Shown here in pieces: positions 13,030 through 29,295 of a DNA stretch of 64,000 nucleotides. The position numbers and the translations under genes are program-made. How positions within the stretch are numbered: the first letter of the stretch is position 1; each line of letters starts with the position of its first letter. This DNA comes from Eledone cirrhosa. Its lineage: Eukaryota. Below the pieces are notes generated by a model. The model was not told the DNA's origin, ran no database searches, and was given only the letters and a program-made list of their open reading frames with translations. The DNA lies in NCBI GenBank assembly GCA_964016885.1, contig OZ024765.1:248001-312000 (forward strand), written 5' to 3'.

Positions 13030-13075
13030 ATTATGGTTTTATAATTATAAGTTCCATTTATTAATATATTGAATA

Positions 13076-13169
<94 letters not shown>

Positions 13170-13213
13170 GTGAGTATGAAAGGCAAAGTTAAACTCGGCA
13201 TAATAATAAGTGT

Positions 13214-13390
13214 GAAGAAGAAGAAGAAGAAGAAGAAGAAGAAGAAGAAGAAGAAGAAGAAGAAGAAGAAGAAGAAGAAGAAGAACAATAACAAGAAGAA
13301 GAAGAAGAAGAAGAAGAAGAAGAAGAAGAAGAAGAAGAAGAAGAAGACGTAAAAGAAAACATATTAAGATGATGATGATGATGATGATGT
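13214..13390. repeat. (GAA)n and (GAT)n microsatellites
   Basis: Direct reading. Confidence 0.9.
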
Positions 13391-13707
13391 ATGTGCGTGT
13401 GTAGTGTGTACAGTGTATGTGTATTGTTTGTGTGAGATGTCTACAGACTAATCAATGATAAAATAGCTTTATCCGTCCGTCCGTCTGGCTGACAATCTAC
13501 CTAAGTTAAGATGAAAAGAAACTGAGAGAAAAAAAAATACAAATATATATATATACCTCTTTATAAAGAATATAAAAATAATATAAAATAGAAATACATG
13601 TATAATATATATCTATATATCTATATATATCTATATATATATATCTATATATATATCGTATGTTATAAAGTGTATAAAATGTATATATTATATATATATA
13701 TATAAAA

Positions 13708-13836
<129 letters not shown>

Positions 13837-14554
13837 GTATATATATATATCTATGTATACACACCCATACCTATATATATATATATATATACACCGTATA
13901 TATATATATATACACACATATGTATATATATATATAATATATATATATAAATATATGTATGTATGTAAATATATATGTATATACATGTATACACACATAC
14001 TCACACCCGCACATATATATATATACGTATGTATGTATACACATATCCACCTATACATACATATATATATATACATATCTCTCTCTCTCTATATATATAT
14101 GTATATATATATATATACACACACAATTCAGTAAAGTAAATCCACACTGATAATTCTTGATCCATTTTTGTTGCTTTATTTTGTGTTTTATTATGTGATA
14201 CTATTTTTCTCATTTCATCGTTTTTATTGCCTTTGATGTGAGATAGTTTCCTAATATTCATTGAGGTATTTTATCTTGATTTTTAATGATGTGGTTGTCT
14301 GCGAGAGACAGTTGACACATTTCACCTCTCTACCACACCCTCAACATGTGAAAATAGTAGGCTTGTTAGTGGTAAGTCTGTCTCGTTTCTCACGATTGTG
14401 ATTCTTCATGGAGTCCTCCACCGAAACGTCGACTTTATAAAGAGCTTGTTTTCTTAAAGGTAATATCGTCTCCTTGCTCAACATCTTCATGCCAAAAATA
14501 ATTAAATAAATAAATAAAATAAAGATGGCATGAACCTGAACATTACAATACAAT

Positions 14555-14628
14555 ACAATAGAAGGGAACATGATAATAGTACCACTGATGATGTTGCAGA
14601 TGTGCAACAAAAGAACTTTGATAGACTA
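14555..14628 (+). ncRNA. Degenerate hammerhead (family G)
   Basis: CTGATGA-t-gttgca-gatg-tgcaac-AAAA (GAAA mutated); homologue at 22546-22620 (minus strand). Confidence 0.55.
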
Positions 14629-14714
14629 TATATATATGTTTGCTTTTATATCTGTATTTTCAGCCGCTGGTCAATCTATGATAAACATTGATTGCCAAAT
14701 AAATTAATTATGGG

Positions 14715-14825
14715 GATATGAAAGATACAGATGCGAAAACCAACCAAACAGTGAGTGTGTTCTGATATTATTTCTGGCAATATTATTACACAAATAAGAC
14801 CCTCCCCAAGTATAACAATATACCT
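14715..14825 (+). mobile_element. Family E short element
   Basis: Homologous to the reverse complement of 32641-32747. Confidence 0.7.
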
Positions 14826-14828
14826 ATG

Positions 14829-15237
<409 letters not shown>

Positions 15238-15386
15238 AGTCGCGTTAATCTGGAGTTTCACCTTCGTATGCACGGGGTTATCAGGTGAAACCGCAGAGTA
15301 ACTTAGAGTGACTTAGATGTATTTGAATCAATATCTAAACTTTACTTAGATATTCAGTACATCTTTCTCTCTCCCGTAACATACAT

Positions 15387-15471
<85 letters not shown>

Positions 15472-15532
15472 ATTATATATATGTATATATATATATATAG
15501 AAATATATAGAAATATATACATATAAATATAC

Positions 15533-15590
<58 letters not shown>

Positions 15591-16003
15591 GCATATATAT
15601 ATATGCATATATATATATGCATATATATACATATATATATATATATATATTTATATATACACATACATATATTTTTATAGTTATATGTATATATATACAC
15701 ACACATATATAAATATATATATGTATATATAAATATATATATATGCATATATATATATATGTGAGTGTGTGTGTGTGTGTGTCTGAGTGATTGTGTGTGT
15801 GTACTTAAATGCATACATGAATATATACATACATACGCACAGATATACATACATGTATATACACACAGACATGAACAAAAAAAAAATAGAGATAGAATAT
15901 ATGTATGCCTATATATATGCATGTGTGTTTGTGTATGTGCTGTATATATATATACACATATATACATATATATATATATATGTATGCATATATATATATA
16001 AAT

Positions 16004-16034
<31 letters not shown>

Positions 16035-16048
16035 CATAAATATATGTA

Positions 16049-16130
<82 letters not shown>

Positions 16131-16518
16131 TGTGCACCAAGATATTTTGTAAATTCTGTGTTGAACTGTTGGCGAATTAACATTCATTTCAGAGAAACCA
16201 ACAAATATATGAAACTATATGAAAAAATAATGAAAAAAGGTGAACAGAAAATATCTTATTATATAATATAAGTAGGAAAGAAAACATAAACAATGTGAAA
16301 ATAACTTATACATTATTCAAAAGTGTGTAATCGGAGAGACAAGGAAGGTGAAGATTATGGGAAAATGGTGGTGTGATGTCAGTGTGTAGACAGGGGGAGA
16401 TAACTGGTGTAGTAAGTATATTTTTGACAGTGCAGCATAATAATGTCGGAATATAAAATAAAATGGATGCAAACATGGGAAATTGCCTATAGTGAATTCA
16501 TATGCATACTTGTAAGTG

Positions 16519-16593
<75 letters not shown>

Positions 16594-16766
16594 TCAGACA
16601 CACACACACACACACATACGTATATATGTATATGTATATATATATATACACAGATATATGTGTGCATGAGTGTACGTGTCTACATATGTATATATATATA
16701 TATATATGTATTTATATATATATATAAATACACCTGAGTTCATATAGATATATACATATATATATG

Positions 16767-16803
<37 letters not shown>

Positions 16804-16852
16804 TTCTGTAGATATACACACAGCTTAAAAGATATACATGTATATAAGTAAG

Positions 16853-16974
<122 letters not shown>

Positions 16975-17133
16975 AGTGTTAAAGTGAAACAGTTCAATAA
17001 ATACACTGACATATGTGCTATTATATCTGTTCCTCAATGTGTGTATATGTGTATATGTTTGTAATTATGTTTATATATGTGTATAACTGTCTGACTATCC
17101 ATGTGTTTAACTATGTACATGTGCGTATATGTG

Positions 17134-17233
<100 letters not shown>

Positions 17234-17238
17234 TATAC

Positions 17239-17505
17239 ATCCCAAAAGTCAGCTCAAAAGTGACACAGAGAAGACTGAGGTTGGCTGGACATGCTCACCG
17301 ACATCCAGAGTTGACATTGCACTCAGTGCTCCTTTGGGAGCCCCTACATGGACACACTAGAAGAGGAAGACCAAGGTTAACATATGTTGATGCCCTAAGG
17401 ACAGACACTGGTCTGTTGGAGATGCAGGATATGGCAGCGATAATGAGGGACAGAGACCGCTGGAGAGAACTCGTCCATGGATCTCGGGAATTTTACCCGC
17501 CTTAG
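17239..17505 (+). pseudogene. 3' fragment of an RTE-type non-LTR retrotransposon ORF
   Basis: [11 protein letters not shown]...LLWEP.HG..RRGRP..TY.D.L..DTG...M.DRDRWR is typical of RTE-clade C-termini; 5'-truncated and embedded in (TA)n. Confidence 0.85.
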
Positions 17506-17569
17506 ATAGAGATATATATATATATATATGGATATATACATATATATATATTTATATATATATATATAT

Positions 17570-17709
<140 letters not shown>

Positions 17710-17847
17710 ATATATTATTATATATATATATATATATATATATAAGGATATATATATGCAAACGCGTTTATGTATATATATATATATCTGTATATAATTA
17801 TATATGCACATAACTATGTATATGTATGTCACTCTATATTCTAGTAT

Positions 17848-17891
<44 letters not shown>

Positions 17892-18159
17892 TATATATAT
17901 ATACATATATGTCATACTGTAAGTCAATGTCTATATGTATATGTCAGTAAAAGACAGTATCAGAAGCTTGGTGACAGTAATATGCCACACAAGATCATCT
18001 AACTTTGGCAGATTCCATGTCAAGTCTGAGAGTCATGTTTTTATCATATAATATTGTTATTGTATTATATTATAATATCATTTACCATCTACTAGCAGAC
18101 GAATTAAAAACCACAGCCCACTAGGGTATATAATTATATATATATGCACATATATATAT

Positions 18160-18259
<100 letters not shown>

Positions 18260-18314
18260 TAGATATATATTTATATCCCCATACATTTACATATAGAAAT
18301 GTATTTAAAACTAT

Positions 18315-18513
<199 letters not shown>

Positions 18514-19281
18514 GTATATATATAAGTCTGTATATGTATATATATATATATATATAAGTATATGTGTATATATGTAGGAATACAAGATGTCAGTTATAAC
18601 CAGTCGTCATTCATCTGTATTCCAATCTATTTTTGCATATCATTAAATGGTTCTGTTTTGCAACGTGAAGAGGTTATCACATTTATCTCCCCTTTTTATG
18701 CTTTTTACATCGAGATTTATGGCACTTTTGATACCAATCCGCCCCTAAAACCACACTTTTATTTATACATACGTTTAAATTAACATCTTCCAGTATCATT
18801 TTATATAAGATCTATATGTCAACTTCTTCGCCAACTTATTCCGGGGAGGGTTGTGGATCAGAAACCTCAAACAGTCCTTCTAGCAGGTGATTTTAGAAGA
18901 AACAACCTCCAGTTGATCCGGCTGAAACTCCAAGCATAACCAACCAACATTATGGATGCTATCCAACCATCTTGCTCGTTGTCTACCCCTGGCTTCCTTG
19001 TCGGTTGGTTTTGCCTGTAAAATATGTCCAGCAATTCTTTCCTGAGACATTCTAACCCCATGTCCATGGTACCGAATCTATGATCTCTCCATTCACAGAA
19101 GTTGCAGCTCTACCTGGAGTGACTATAGCGATTCTTCTCCTGAGACATTCTAACCACATAGCCATATCAGAACTGTGAATCTCTAATCTCCGAGCTACAG
19201 ATCTGTCCAGTGATACTTTCTTGAGACATCCTAACCACATCTCTGTACTATCATAGCTGTGATCCCTCAATTTATATATAC

Positions 19282-19333
<52 letters not shown>

Positions 19334-19336
<3 letters not shown>

Positions 19337-19536
19337 AATGAGTAGGACCCCGACGGCTGAGCTCAAGCCGTTTCGACGGCTAATTCTGTACTGAATTCAG
19401 TCCAGAATTAGCCGTAGAAACAGCTTGAGCTCAGCCGTCGGGGTCCGACTCCTTCCTATTACCCACTCTACTACCCTAAGTATTGAGTACTTTGGTGGAG
19501 TTATGGTCCACCTGGTTCCTTACCACATTTCCTTCG

Positions 19537-19538
<2 letters not shown>
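19334..19538. mobile_element. Family A fold-back element
   Basis: Hairpin with a nested loop (actgaattcagt) plus tail; (TA)n flanks. Confidence 0.9.
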
Positions 19539-19590
<52 letters not shown>

Positions 19591-19668
19591 TTATATATCT
19601 ATATATTTATATATATATGAATACATATAACACGGAAGGTGTGGAAAGATACTAGGTGGACCATATAT

Positions 19669-19735
<67 letters not shown>

Positions 19736-20124
19736 GGATGCCAAGCTCAACAGCTGAGAACGAAACTATATTAATATAGAAATGCTAACATTTAAACCCA
19801 ATATGCAACTGGAATATAACAGTTTGACGTAAGCTTCGTCCCTGTTTGAAGTGATTACAGCGTTGATACGTTCTAGGCGAGGGTTCTCCTGACGTGAATT
19901 CATCTACCTGGCCGCCATTTTGAAATAAAACTATACAATATATCAAAACGTATTAGTATATTTGTCTCACGGGGAAATGTTGAATCTTCAAAGATTTTTA
20001 ATCCACAATATATGAGTTTTCTTCTATCAGTATGACATCCGTTCTGTCACATGATATGTATATGTGTGTATATATATGTATATATGTGTGTGTATATAGA
20101 CAGATAAATATATATATATATATA

Positions 20125-20388
20125 TAACCTCCCAAATACAAGGTGATTGAAAGGTATGTCGTATCTATTTATTTATAAGACTGTTTATATTGTATTTTGT
20201 CTGAAGAAGGCATAACATATTGTTAATATGATATCCCTGAAATATATATAACGAAATAAATATGGTTTTATAAATATAGTTTCCATTTATTTAATATCAT
20301 AAATATACTCCAAATACTTGTTGAGTGCTTTTATATCAGTTATAAATATTTACTCGTTGTTAACCCAACAATTTAAATATAACTTTCC

Positions 20389-20392
<4 letters not shown>
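20125..20392 (+). mobile_element. Family B-related solo pLTR
   Basis: Shares tatggttttataaatatagtttccatttat and gttgagtgcttttatatcagttataa with the 12617-13075 element. Confidence 0.75.
20193..20258 (+). ncRNA. Type I hammerhead ribozyme
   Basis: tattttgt-CTGAAGA-agg..catatt/aatatg..cct-GAAA-tatata-TA-acgaaata. Confidence 0.78.
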
Positions 20393-20422
<30 letters not shown>

Positions 20423-20955
20423 GATAGATAGATAGAAGGACATACCGATCTAGACTTTACTTGGTAATAAACCAGGATGTGCTACGGGAAATGTGGCTAG
20501 AAATTATATCTCCGGCGATTGTTAGAGTGCAGAGATGTATAATAATTTGGTGTGTTTGTGTGTTTGTGTGTTTGTGTGCGTGTGTGTGTGTGTCTGTGAG
20601 TGAGTGTGTGTGTGTTTGTTTGTGTGTGTGTGAGTCTGTGTATTTTTTGAGTGAGTGTGTGAGTGTCTGTGTGTTTGTGTGTGGAAATGTACGTAAGTCA
20701 GTGTGTGTGTCTATGTATGCGTCTGTGTTTGAGTATCTGTGTATGTTGTGTGTGTGTTTGTGTCTTGACTGTGTGTGTATGTTGTTTATATGTGTGTGTA
20801 TATATATATATATATAAATGTGTGTGTATAACTGTGTGTGAATATATGTGTGTATAAAATGTTTGTGCATATATGTGTGTGTGTACGTGTATGCGCCAGT
20901 GTGTACGTGAATGTGTCTCTATGTGTGCGTGTGAACGTTTATGCGCCTGTATGTT

Positions 20956-20987
<32 letters not shown>

Positions 20988-21021
20988 CACACACAGACCT
21001 ATATATACATAAACACATAAA

Positions 21022-21069
<48 letters not shown>

Positions 21070-21636
21070 TTATGTGCTTATGACTCAGTCTGTCTGTATA
21101 TATATCTGTGTATATATAGTTTCGGATATATATATATACTAGTATATCTCGGTCTAAAATTAATATCTATTATATAAATTCTATCGTCGCATATTGCCCT
21201 TTCTCTAATGAAAAACTCCAACATAGACAGATAACGAAAAGTATGTTTGTGTATATATTATATTTCTAAAGCGCAGTCAGTGTGTGTTTTTGTGTACGTG
21301 TAGAAGTTTAATGTAATGGCGTCATTATGAAGAAAACTTCGCTTTCATAAAGAAAGATAGCAATTAGTTGAGAGACGGAGCTTTTGAAAGTAATCTAACA
21401 GAGCCGGATTTTTCATGATGATATCAAAGCATTCCCCGGCGTCCAATATAATGCCAATGACGATTTTAAAGAAGGTGAGAATTGCGGCGAAATTAGCTGT
21501 GACCCATCGCTTATTATAAGCAGCACTACGTATGTATATACACATATAGAAAGATAGATATATACGTACGTACATACGTATATACTTAGATATATAGATA
21601 TATAAGTACGTAGCACATATACTCATCAATACACGC

Positions 21637-21671
<35 letters not shown>

Positions 21672-22026
21672 CACATCATAAATAATGCAACAGCTAGTAT
21701 AGTTTTGAGGTCAGGTGAAGAATCTTCGTCTTGATTACAAAGTATCAGCCCTCCCCCTACGTATAATAAAAACTGACGTCTGACCCCTGACCTCTCATAC
21801 TTTATATCCAGCAGCAGAAGTTATGTCTTTTTTTTATTTTATTCAGCCCTAGGCAGGACTGGTAACATTCGTTTGCTGTTGTATAGAATAGACATCCCTC
21901 CAGCTACAAAATTAAAGATAATAACTTTTCTGAGAATTCTAAGTAGATTATATTTATAACAATATGTACACACACACGCACACACACACACACCCACACA
22001 CACACACATACACACACACACACACA

Positions 22027-22141
<115 letters not shown>

Positions 22142-22156
22142 GATTTATCATAATAT

Positions 22157-22366
22157 TTGGCAGTATCGGTAGATGGCTAGTTGCAATGCGTTGCAGCATT
22201 GAGTTATGGCCCTTTATGATCTGAGTTCAAATCCTGCCGAGGTTAACTTTGCCTTTAAACCTTACGGGGTCGATAAAATAAAGTACCAGTCACGTACAGG
22301 GGTCGATTTAATCAACTTGCCCTCACCGAAGATTGGTGTCCTTGTGTCTATAGGAGAAACCAATAT
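22157..22366 (+). mobile_element. tRNA-type SINE, near complete
   Basis: tggcagtatcggtag (A-box-like), gagttcaaatcc (B-box), ggggtcgataaaataaagtaccagt core. Confidence 0.75.
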
Positions 22367-22507
22367 TGTGTCTGTCATTAATGAAACACATTCTTCGTTT
22401 TTAGGTTTATGGACCAGAATTCTGGTTTGGGGATACAGATATTCCCTCTTCTCACACAAAATAATCTCATAGGTTTTAAAAAGGAGCTTGATCACTTCTC
22501 ATTCTTC

Positions 22508-22545
<38 letters not shown>

Positions 22546-22551
<6 letters not shown>

Positions 22552-22620
22552 ATCAAAGTTCTTTCGTCACATATCTGTGACATCATGAGTGGTACTGTTA
22601 TGTGTGTTCTTTTATTGTTT
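22546..22620 (-). ncRNA. Degenerate hammerhead (family G)
   Basis: Minus strand: CTCATGA-t-gtcaca-gata-tgtgac-GAAA-gaactttgatagacTA. Confidence 0.55.
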
Positions 22621-22730
22621 CACTTTGCCTTTCATCCTTACAGGGTCGATAAATTAAAGTACCAGTAATGCACTGGGGTCGATTTATTCGACTTCCTCTC
22701 ATCCAAAATTGCTGGCCTTGTGCCTACATA
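22621..22730 (+). mobile_element. SINE 3' fragment
   Basis: ctttgcctttcatccttacagggtcgataaattaaagtaccagt. Confidence 0.72.
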
Positions 22731-23087
22731 AGAGCAGGATACATGTACCCCCTTCACACCAAACTTAAAAGGGTTTACCACAATATTTTATGTCATTAAT
22801 GAAAATCACTCCCTGTTTTTAGGTTTTTGGACAGGAATTCCGCTATGGTTATACATATTTTCCCCGCCCTCACATAAAAGAATCTCATAGGGTTTAAAAA
22901 GGAGGCATGATCATTTTCTATTCTTCTAACTAATCGATAAATGAAAGAAACACAATCAATAGAACGGCAAAGAGATGATATTGCTTAAGATGTCGAGTTT
23001 AAGTCAAGCACCAATAGTTATGACGAAATTTCATGATTGATTTTCTTTCTTCCTTTTTCTCTCTCACTCTCTCTAACTCCTAATATA

Positions 23088-23170
<83 letters not shown>

Positions 23171-23684
23171 TATATATATATTGTTGTTACCAGAATTTTT
23201 TGTGTCTCTCATTCTCTTTCTCTCACTCTCTGTCTTTATCTATCTTTATATATATATATATATATATATATTACCCGACATAGTCCTTGAAGAGATTATA
23301 TCGATCCGATCCGAAAGAGATCAGTTCAGTTTCGGAACAATCAAAGAGGAGCAACCATAACATTGAACGTAATAGAGGCCAGTAGCTAGTAAGTTAGTCA
23401 TTGATAGATATCGATCACAGACGATATAAACCACAGAACATTGAACTAGTCCATGCGATAAATGGCTGACCTGAAACCATAAAAAAAAAGCAAATGGCGG
23501 CTGCAAAAAATATAAGCTAAAATAAGGTTAGTTAATTTGGAAATTACATACGATGTATTTCCTGAGCAGAAGTATATTATCCTGTGATGGCGGCCTTCAT
23601 TACAGAGCGCAACGACTCCTAAAACTCTTTATAGTATAAAATTAGGAGAAACGAAAACTTTACTATAGTATAAAAAGTAGAATA

Positions 23685-23936
23685 TATATGGATGGGTGTA
23701 TGTATGTATGTATGTGTGTGTGTATGTATGTATGTATGAATGTGTGTATATATGGATGGGTGTAGGTATGTGTGTGTGTATGTATGTATGTATGTATGTA
23801 TGTATGTGTGTGTGTATGTATGGATGTGTGTATGTATGTATGTATGTATGTATGTGTGTATGTATGTATGTGTGTGTGTGTGTATGCATGGATGTGTGTA
23901 TGTATGGATGTGTGTATGCATGTATGTATGTATGTA

Positions 23937-23967
<31 letters not shown>

Positions 23968-24350
23968 ATGCGTGTGTGTATGTATGTATGTGTGTATATA
24001 TGGATGGGTGTATGTATGTATGTATGTATGTATGTGTGTATATATGGATGGGTGTATGTATGGATGATTGTATGTATGTACGTGTGTATGTATGTATGTA
24101 TGTATGTATGTATGTGTGTATGTATGTGTGTATGTATGTATGTATGTATGTATGTATGTGTGTATGTATGGATGCGTGTATGTATGGATGTATGTGTGCA
24201 TGTATGTATGTATGTATGTATGTATGTATGTATGTATGTATGTGAGTGTGTATGTATGGATGGGTGTATGTATGTATGTATGTATGTATGTATGTATGTA
24301 TGTATGTATGTATGTATGTACGTATGTATGTGTGTATGTATGGATGTGTG
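23685..24350. repeat. (TATG)n compound microsatellite with ggatgggtg interruptions
   Basis: Direct reading. Confidence 0.9.
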
Positions 24351-24983
24351 TATGTTTGTGTGTATACACACATATATACACGCATACACAAACGTACACA
24401 CGCGCATATACATATACACATATACTTATATATATATATACATACATATTTATATACACACATATACACACCTACACGTATATATACAAAGACGTGCGAG
24501 GGCATCATAGTAGTTTACTGGACTTTCATTTTATCTTTGTCTCAACATGTACGGTGTGTATATATGTGTGTATATATGTGTCCATGTATATGTGTAAGTG
24601 TGTGCGAGAGTATATATGTGGATGTGTATCTGTGAACCTGTTTGTGTGTGGGCGTATGCGTGTATATGTATATATATGTGCGTGTGTATGTTTGTATAAG
24701 GGTGTATGTATATATATGTGTATATATATATATGTGTGTGTGTGTGTATATGAGCATATACATATATATATATATATGTGTGTGTATATGCGTGCTTATG
24801 TGTGTGTAAGCGTAAATCTCTGCGTATGTGTGTTTATATATGCATATGTGTGAATATGTGTGTATATATGAATATGCGTGTATAAGAATGTAATGAGTGT
24901 ATATGCATATGTGTGCATATACGTATATACGTGGGTCATACTGTAGAAAGTATATGCGTGCGTATATATGTATATATATATAT

Positions 24984-25032
<49 letters not shown>

Positions 25033-25045
25033 TAGCGTGTATGTG

Positions 25046-25097
<52 letters not shown>

Positions 25098-25253
25098 TGC
25101 ATGTATGTGTGTGTATATATAAATACTGAAGGATATATATGCATGCCAACCATATTAGATTCTTTGATATTCAGTTTAAAAAAGAAGGTTTTTCTGGAAC
25201 TATTCAGGCGATGCCAAGTACTGGGCGAATAAAACGAACATTTTAAAATAACA

Positions 25254-25293
<40 letters not shown>

Positions 25294-25573
25294 GATAGAT
25301 AGAGAGAGAGCGGTGGAGAGAGAGTGAGAGAGAGAGATTTGAATATAAATATATATATACATATATATATATATATACATATATGCATGTATGTATTATT
25401 TACATATACATGTATATATATGCACATTTATATACGTATATATATATATATATATACTCATATTTATACATATATATGTATATATATACTCATATATACA
25501 TACATATTTGTATTGGTAAAGGCACAACAATGCTAGTACAAGAAGTGCCGTATATATATATATTTATAAATAT

Positions 25574-25651
<78 letters not shown>

Positions 25652-25850
25652 TTCTATAAGATCAATACGCCTAGTATAAGAGATACTCACATATATCTGT
25701 CTCTCTATATAAGTATATTTGTTTTGTATTTTTTTCTGTATCTTGTATTGTTTATTTATTTGTTCTTATTTTAGTTTTATTTCCTGCAATGTTTTTCCAG
25801 TTTTATTTGAAATATCGTGAAACGCTATTGGACACTACCAACTGCATGCG

Positions 25851-25916
<66 letters not shown>

Positions 25917-25917
25917 T

Positions 25918-26080
<163 letters not shown>

Positions 26081-26265
26081 GTATACATATACATATATAT
26101 AAATATATATATATATATATGTATATAAATATATATATATTGATATATATATATGCACACGTATATATAATTATAAATATATATATATATATATATATAT
26201 AGATATATATATATGCACCCACTTACATAAATATATATATATATACGTATACATATATAAATATA

Positions 26266-26326
<61 letters not shown>

Positions 26327-26462
26327 GCATACATCACATATATATAAATATATATATATATGTATATAAATATATATATATTTATATATAAATATATATA
26401 TATATATGTATATAAATATATATATATTTATATATATATATATGTACACGTATATATATAAT

Positions 26463-26606
<144 letters not shown>

Positions 26607-26654
26607 TATATATGTATATATATATATTTATAATTATATATATACGTGTACACA

Positions 26655-26696
<42 letters not shown>

Positions 26697-26737
26697 AATA
26701 TATATATGTATATATATATATATAATTATATATATAC

Positions 26738-26801
<64 letters not shown>

Positions 26802-26831
26802 ACATATATACATATATATTCGTGTAAGTGC

Positions 26832-26873
<42 letters not shown>

Positions 26874-27656
26874 ATATATATAAATATATATATGACCATC
26901 TTCTTTGTTCTGTGAGGAATATTGGGATATTGTAGTACTCATGTCATTCTACTTGAGGGATCTCTATTGCTGTATGTTCTTTAATACCACCGGATATTTA
27001 ATTTTGCTTTCTCGAAACATTTTCAAATTAAGACAAACGCTATATTATTAGATAGGTGACTCGCACAAATATATATTAGAAATACTACGGCTCCTATAAA
27101 GAACTTTCATTCATGCATTCATTAATCAGAGAGCGAAGGATGTGAAAAACACAAACATACGCACAAAAATATAATAATTACGAGATGAAAGGCATCTCAT
27201 TACGCTAAACACACCGAAAAACTCATAAATTTTAATTAACATTATTTAAAAACAAAATGTCTGCTATCTGACGCCATTGAAGTAATATCGTTATACGTCG
27301 TTTATTTACGGTTTCGTCAATGTATCTGGCTGGATATATGCTACATCACGGTAATTACAGCGGGCGATTAATATCAAAGGTTCCATGAGAGAAACCTATA
27401 CATTTGAACACCTTTTGTAGAATTGCCTATACGAATGTAGTTTCATCTTTTGCCATCACCCCATGAAAAAAAAAAGAAAATCTGTTGTATTTTTCAAAAT
27501 GGCGGATACATAAATAATAGAATTTTGGAGGAAAAAATGCGTTTGATTTTTTAAACGTAAACAACCTTGTTTTGATCTGTCGGCCTTCTTGTCTCCCTGT
27601 TTGTATAAATTATTTAAATATATATATTTATATATTTATATATATATATGTATATA

Positions 27657-27737
<81 letters not shown>

Positions 27738-27787
27738 GTAATTATATACATATATGTCTATATAATTATATGCATATATAGATATGC

Positions 27788-27842
<55 letters not shown>

Positions 27843-27965
27843 TATATATATACATAATTATATACATATACATATTTATATATAATTATATACTTATATA
27901 TTTATATATAATTATATATATATATATATATATACATTCACATTCATATATACACAAACACAACC

Positions 27966-28028
<63 letters not shown>

Positions 28029-28371
28029 CATGACCATTGTATAGAAAGAAAAGGAAAAATAGGAAAATAGAAAAAAATCGATTTGGAGTCTAACTAAAGA
28101 GAATAAAATCTTATCTCGTTTGCATCTCAAATATCTGTTGTATAATAATTGCTTAGGGACTGGGATGCTGAAGGTAAGGGGGAGGTAACTGCAAAGGGAA
28201 AGTAAAGTCCGCAAAGTGGTTAACAACAAGGATTGGCCATTTTCCAAAATGGAGTCTTTTCAACACTAGTATTTGGGCGTGTGTCAGTTTTAATATATCA
28301 TATATATGTATGCATATATGTATATATATATGTATATATATATATATGCATAGCTATATATACATACATAC

Positions 28372-28465
<94 letters not shown>

Positions 28466-28524
28466 TTATATATTCATACATATATATATGTATATATTTA
28501 TACATATATGTAATCACAAACACA

Positions 28525-28593
<69 letters not shown>

Positions 28594-28754
28594 CTATTTG
28601 TGTTTCCGTTTCCTTAGATTTTTTGTTTGTTTTCAAATGTATCCGCTGGCTGTCCACATTATTTGCAGAACCTGGTTAGATTTATATGAAGAGAGGTGAT
28701 TGAAAGTAATCGGGAAATCTATATTAAACCACGACCACCACCACCACTACCACC

Positions 28755-28827
<73 letters not shown>

Positions 28828-28835
28828 GTTCTACG

Positions 28836-29015
28836 TACGAGGGACGACTGCAAAATCCATAGGCTGACGAAGAAGAAGTGATGCTAGAGTTGTGAAATCT
28901 TGTTTACATTAATTTCACCTCTCATTAATAACTGAATTGGTTTTTCCAGGTATTATGTTGAACAATATAAACCACATTTCGTCATTCCATGAGAGTATCT
29001 TGGTCAGCCTATGAA
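28836..29015. mobile_element. Probable mariner-derived MITE remnant
   Basis: Begins TA-cgaggg..., with cataggctgac / gtcagcctatg inverted ends; the right TIR is incomplete. Confidence 0.45.
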
Positions 29016-29056
29016 GGAGTAATTCTAGAACTGTGAAATCTTGAATGCATTAATTT

Positions 29057-29185
<129 letters not shown>

Positions 29186-29247
29186 GTATACATATATATA
29201 TATATATATATGTTTATATGTATGTATATACCTATTTGCATTTGGGT

Positions 29248-29295
<48 letters not shown>

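Larger units (their letters stand above)
12617..13075. mobile_element. Family B palindromic pLTR pair carrying two opposed hammerheads
   Basis: Arms of ~175 bp (12704-12878/12902-13075) plus a tail at 12617-12703; (TA)n flanks; related to 20125-20392. Confidence 0.88.

Noticed and set aside
14341-14610. 89-aa ORF as host gene
   Set aside because: No recognisable domain, overlaps a repeat, no clear splice signals.
22157-22245. tRNA gene
   Set aside because: A/B-box-like motifs belong to a dispersed SINE head; no cloverleaf.
23285-23345. Hammerhead-like ttgaaga...gaaa
   Set aside because: Core is mutated and stems I and III are not convincing.
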